NCBI GenBank assembly: GCA_963668645.2
Contig: CAXXWC010000019.1
Coordinates: 64,001-128,000, forward strand
Length of the DNA stretch: 64,000 bases
Direction: 5' to 3'
Source of the DNA: Desulfobacterales bacterium
Lineage (GTDB): Bacteria; Desulfobacterota; Desulfobacteria; Desulfobacterales; UBA2174
Position numbers and translations under genes: made by a program. Positions 12,001 to 18,000 of this stretch are shown here, piece by piece. The notes beneath the pieces were generated by a model. The model had not been told where the DNA came from and did not search any database. It saw only the letters and a list, made by a program, of their open reading frames with translations. Positions within the stretch are counted from its first letter, which is position 1, and each line of letters starts with the position of its first letter.

Positions 12001-15000
12001 CCTGGGAGAAGATAGTGAGCGTGCCGAAGTACTTGGGGGCGAAAAGCCCGTCGTATTCCGGTTTCAGGATGCTCAAATCGATGTCGCCCAGTACTGTGGC
12101 GCCGCCCATGAGATGCAGATCCAGGGTCTTGACCACGGTATCGACGGTCAGGTCAGCGAAGATCAGGGAAACACCATCGACCGCATCGACCGTGACGCCT
12201 TCCTCGACCACCACGTTGCGGTAGGTCTCGAGATACTCGTAAAGGGGGATGCCGGGCATGTCTTCGCGTTCCAGGATTTCCACCGTAATGGCAGAATCGA
12301 GGAAGGCGAGGATCTGTTCGACATTCATGCCCTCGAGCAGCTCGTCGAGTACCTGCAGGGTAAAAGATCCGTTGTAGTTACCGGTATCGATGCCAAAGAC
12401 CAAGTTTTCAAAACCGTCTCTGAGGTCGATATCGATCTGCCCAAGCCCGGTGACGAATCCGAGCGAAACCACGGCGTCAGCCGGCCCGTCGATGGTACGG
12501 CCGTTGGCCTGATCGTAGTTGATCAGGGTGATATGATCGCCGGATTCGAGATGAATGGCGAAGTTGCCCAGATCCACCTGGCTTGTCCAATCGTATTCGA
12601 TCGGATCCCAGAGACCCATCAGGATGTCGCCGGCACCCGAAGCCAGGCTCAGCACGGCGTTGTCCGCCGTGACACCGGACAGATCCAGCCCTTCGTCCAC
12701 ATCGGCCTGGGTAAGGCCGGTGATCTGAATCGTGTAATCCGTCGTTGCGTTGCCCTCGGCATCCACACCGATGATCGTTCCGTTGCCACTCAGGGCCTGG
12801 AACTGATCGATGGTCATGATCACGGTGCCGCCCTCGGGCACGATGATCATTTCGGCGCCCGTCAGATCCGTGGCCGGATCCAGGGTCCAGTCACCCGAAG
12901 CCATGGTGATGGTGCCAAGGGTTACGCCGTCGCCCAGGTCGTCCACATCCAGTATGCGGTCGTCCATGCCGACTATGTTCAGGATACCTGCTGCTATCGT
13001 ATCTCCATCAGTGCCGCCGTCGGCGGCCACAATGTTCGCCAGGCCGATATCCAGGACCTGATCCAGGGTCAGCGTCAGTTCGGCGTCAGTCAGAGTGACG
13101 TTGTTGATACCCGAGAGCGCGGCACCGGACAGGTCAAGATCTTCACTGTCGGCGATGATCAGGTCGACGCCGCCGCTGCCGGTGGCGCCGTTGATGGTAA
13201 TGTTCTCGTCACCGATGGCCACCGCGTCGTCGTCCAGGGTCAGCGTCAGCACGCCGGTAGAGTTATTGGTGATGGCCAGCGAATCAAGATCTTCGTCGGT
13301 GGTGTCGATCCCGCCCAGAGTCACATCGGCAACGCCGTTGATGACCAGCACCGCGTCGTCCATGCCGACACCGATGGCATCGTGATCCGGAATCTCATCG
13401 ACCGAGTTGAAGACGATGTCACCCTCGACAATCAGGTCCGCGTTGGCGTTGATCACGACGTCGAGCAGGTTGTTCTCCAAAGCCGTGCCCAGGGGGCCGC
13501 CGCCGCCGACCGGAGACGGGGTCGGATCGATGTCGCCGGAGATGATATTGACCGTGTTGTGGATCGGATCGTCCGCCCCCACATTGGAGTTGATGGTCAA
13601 CTGGTCGAAGTAGTTCTGGGTCAGCGGGTTGCCGTACTGATCCTCGGCCGCAACAGTGGTCAGGCGAATGTTGCCGTCGACCTTGGCACCGCCTTCCAGG
13701 GTGAGGTTGAGGGTCACCACCGAGCTGTCGCCCTGGTAGTCGTTGAGCACCATGAAACCATCGACGGTCACGCCTTCTTCGATGGTCAGGCAGCGGTTGA
13801 TGGGGATGACAACGCCCATGTCCTGAGCGTCGTAAATGTGGATGCAGATGGCTGAGTCGATATCCTGGAACAACTCGATGTCGCGGTTCTCGACCAGGTC
13901 GTGGAGCATCTTGACGGTGGTGACGCTCCAACCGGAGGCATCGAAGGTGTCGAAGGGGCCGAAACCGCCGCTGATCACCTGATCATCTTCGCCCAGGATC
14001 TGATTCTGGTCGAAGTAGAGCGCCAGGGTCGTATCGGTGCCGCCGCCGACCACGAGCCCGTCGGCCTGCTCGATGGTGGTCAGCGTCAGTGTCTGGCCGT
14101 CTTCCAAGACGACCTGGAAGCCGTTAAGATTGACAGCCCTGTCCAGCATGAAATTTTCGTTGAACTCGCCCAGCACAACGTCTTCTGCCAGGGAAAGTGT
14201 GCCCAGGGTGAAACCGGTCACCGCGGCAAGATCGAAGCCGGCATCGATGTGCGCCTGGGTCAGGCCGGTGAGGTGGAGGATGGAATTCTCGGCATCCCCG
14301 GTGCCGTCATCGGCGCCGGTCAGCGAAGCCAGGGCCAGGAACTGATCGACCGTCATGGTCACTTCCGAGTCGGCCGAGACCATCAGATCGGCGCCGGCCA
14401 AGTCTGCGGTCGGATCGAAGGCGATAGCGCCTTGGGCCGTGGTCACGGTGCCGATCACGACCCCGTCGCCCAGATCATCCACGTCGAAATAGGAACCGTC
14501 ATAGCCCTCGATGTGCAAGGTGGCGGTGTATTCGTCGTCCGGATCGATCTCGGTGATGTTGGCCGGACCGATGGCATCCACCTGTTCCCAGGTCAGGGTC
14601 AGCGAAACGGCCGCCACAGCGCCGGCGGTGTCGATCTGCACGGCATCGACGCTGGTCAGTGTTGCATCCGACAGATCGGTCGTACTGTAGATGACTAGCG
14701 TAAGATCGCCTGCGGCGCCGTCGATGGTGACGTCCGCGTCTTCTCCGATACTGAAACTCGCCAGGGTCAGGGTCGTGCCGCCGGCACCCGCGGCGAAGGC
14801 AAACGCATCGTCCACCTCACCGGTCAGAGTGGCATCGAAAGTGCCCACCACGCCCGTGGCGTCGATGGATTCGATATTGGCGGCATCCAGAGCATAATCG
14901 ATGGTCAGGTTGAAGTCGGCGTTCAGATCAAGCGCATCCAGGCTGTCGCCCTGGATTAAACCGATCTCGGCATTGCCGTCTGCGATGTTGATCGTCAGGC

Positions 15001-18000
15001 TGTCGGCGTTGTCGATGTCGATGCCGTCCACCATCAGGCTGCGCAGGCCCCCGTCGGAAGCGTCGCCCAAAAGAACGCCCTGGTTGTTAATGTTCACTAC
15101 AGCCGGCGCATGGTCGGTATAGAAATTGGCGTACAGTGCACCGATGTTGGACTGATTCCAGTCATCGGCGAATTCGTTCTGGACTTTTTCGGCCTCGGTC
15201 CATTGGGCCAGTCCGTCACCTTCCAGCAGGAAAGTCACGCCCCACTTGACTCCGCTGAAAACGATATGTTTGCCGCCGTTGCCCTGCAGCCCGAGTTCCT
15301 GCAGGCCCTCGGTGCTGTTGCAGACGAAGAACTGGGCCCAATCTCCGACTTGGTCGCTAAACTCCGTAACCACGTAGGAGGCCACACCGCGCGAGGTCAC
15401 ACCGTTCTCGGCGTCTATCCCCACTGGTTCGGCATCCATGATCACATCGACGCGCAGTCCCGGCTCGCCTGCGATCAGTTCGAAACCGCCCACGGCCGCC
15501 GCGTTCAGGGTGGAGGCGTAGAGGGTTACATCTTCGACGATGGTGATGGTGGACTCGGATTCAGCACCGAGCAGGGCATTCAGTTCGCCCAGAACCTGGC
15601 GGAAGGAGTACTCGGTGCCTTCGTAGTTGACTTCCCAGTCCAGATGGGCCTGGGTGACACCGGTGATGTGGATCGTATTGGTGGCATCCACCTCGCCGTT
15701 GATGGCCCCGTTCTCGGCAAAGGATTCGGCGAGCTGGACCAGCTGGTCAGCCGTGAGGGTCATTTCGGCGTTGTCGAGCATCGAAAAACTGTCGACGTTG
15801 CTCAGGTCCGTGTCCGCATGCAGGGTCCAGGCGCCTTGAGCCAGGGTCACGTTGACCGTGATCCCGTCGGCGATGTTGGTCGAATCGAAGACCTGGTCGT
15901 TCAGCCCGCTCACTTCCAGGACGGCGCCGTCAGCGTCGTCTAACAGGCTGATGTTGGCTTCGCCGATAATCTGGAGCTGGGCGTTGGTCAGAATGACCGT
16001 CGCACCGTCTTCCAGAACGATGCCTTCCACATTATCCAGCGTAGCCTGGCTCAGGTTTACAATGTCTGTTCCACCTTCATCCGCACCGATGGTCAGCACC
16101 ACACCGCCGACCCCGCCGTCAATGTCCGTGTCGTCAGTGGCCACAAAGTCAAGAAGGGTCAAGTAGGAACCGCCTGCGGAACCGATAAAGCTGAAGTCTC
16201 CCGCAGGTTCATCGATGACGGCCGTGAAAGTGCCGGCAACATCGGAGACGTCGATGAAAGTCAGGGTGCCGGGCAGATCGTCAACGATCTGGACGTTGTA
16301 ATCCGAGTTGATATCGAGGGTTTCGACCCCGCCTTCACCGTTCTCTCCGTCGATGGTATCGACGATGAGGTTGCCGTCCTCGACATTGATGGTGATCGAC
16401 CCGGCGTTATCGATGTCGATCTTCTCGACATGCAGCGAGCGGGTGGTCAGTTCAGTGCCCTGGTTGTTGATATTGACCACCGCCGAGGCATTGGCCCACT
16501 GGAACTGGGCGTAAAAAGAGCCGACGTTGGAATATGCCGGATCGCCGTTGGCCTTGGTGGTGTATTCGACCGTACCGTCGCCTTGCAGTTCGAACTCGAT
16601 GCCCCACTGGACCTGGTAGATTTCCAGCTCGGCATTGTAGTTGCCACGCAGGCCGATGACCTCCAGATCCTGGGTGGTGTCGCAAAGATAGATGACCGCT
16701 TTTTCGGCATCGTAAGCAGAAGTGTCCCCATCGCTGATATCGGTCACGATGATGCGGCGCACCCCTGAAGAAACCAGCCCACTGAATTCGCCGTTGCCCA
16801 GATCCTCGCCGCCTACGGTCGGCACGACCGTTTCATCGGTTTCCGGGGTTGACGGATCGTCCGGCGTTCCTGTCATCTTGACGTAGATGGTGGTTTCGTA
16901 TCCGTCCAGCCCGTTGCCGCGGATCTGTTTGACATCCTGGAAGTTGGCCAGAGTCAGGTTTTCTACCACGGCCTCGAGAGTCGAAAAATCCACCACGAAG
17001 TCGTCGCCCAGATCGATGGCGCCGGTGAAGATCACATCGTGGTCGCCGACAATCTCCAGACTGCTGACCCAGGACGAGAAAGCGCCCTGATTAATGATCG
17101 CACCGGTGGAATCGATGGTGATCACATCCGAGTTGGGCTCGTCTTCCGGACGGTTGTAGCCGGCGTTGGGGCCCTCGGTAACCGGAGTACGATGCACGGT
17201 TACGTTCTCTGACGAAAAGTCGTCCGCCAAAGAGCCGCCGTAGTAAGGGTCGCCGACATGATCGCCGTATTCTTCACCGTTATAAAGGTCCGTATTGTGC
17301 CACGGATCGAAGTAGAGACCGGCCTGGTTGATCACGACCCTGCCGCTGGCCACATCGGTGTTGCCGTCGTTGGCCAGGTAGATGCCGCCATCTGCAACGT
17401 TCTCGTGAAGCTGCTGTGCGGTCATGGTCAGGGTGACGCCGTCTTCAATCTCGAGATACAGATCGATATTGCTGGAGAGGTTGTCGACACCCAAATCGGT
17501 CAAGGAGGTGCTTTCCGTAACGATTATCTTGATGAAAGCGTGAGTATGGAAAATCGAACCTTCCACACTGAAATTCTCTGCGCCGATAGCGAGGAACTGT
17601 TCGGCGGTCAGGGTCAGGATTGCGTTTTGACCAACAGCAGCATCATCGTTGGCCTGGGCAGCATCCAGGTAATTGAACGAATCGTCGTCCAGAATGACCT
17701 TGGTGATGCCGGAGAGTTCGGCAGCCCGCAGATCTGCAATGGTGTTGACAAACAGGGTGACGTTCTCGCCGGTAATTTTTGAGCCTTCCATGGCGGTGAT
17801 GGTACCGGTGGCCAGGAAGGACGAATCCAGGGCAGCACCCAGCTTGATCAGGTCTGCGCCACTGCCGGTATCGATGTCCAGAACGGCACCGTTGGAGACA
17901 TAGTCCGCGTCGATGCCGACCAAGGTGATGACATCGTCTCCGGCCCCCGAAGAAATGGTGATATCCGAGCCGGCCACCAGGATCTCGTCCGCACCGGCTC

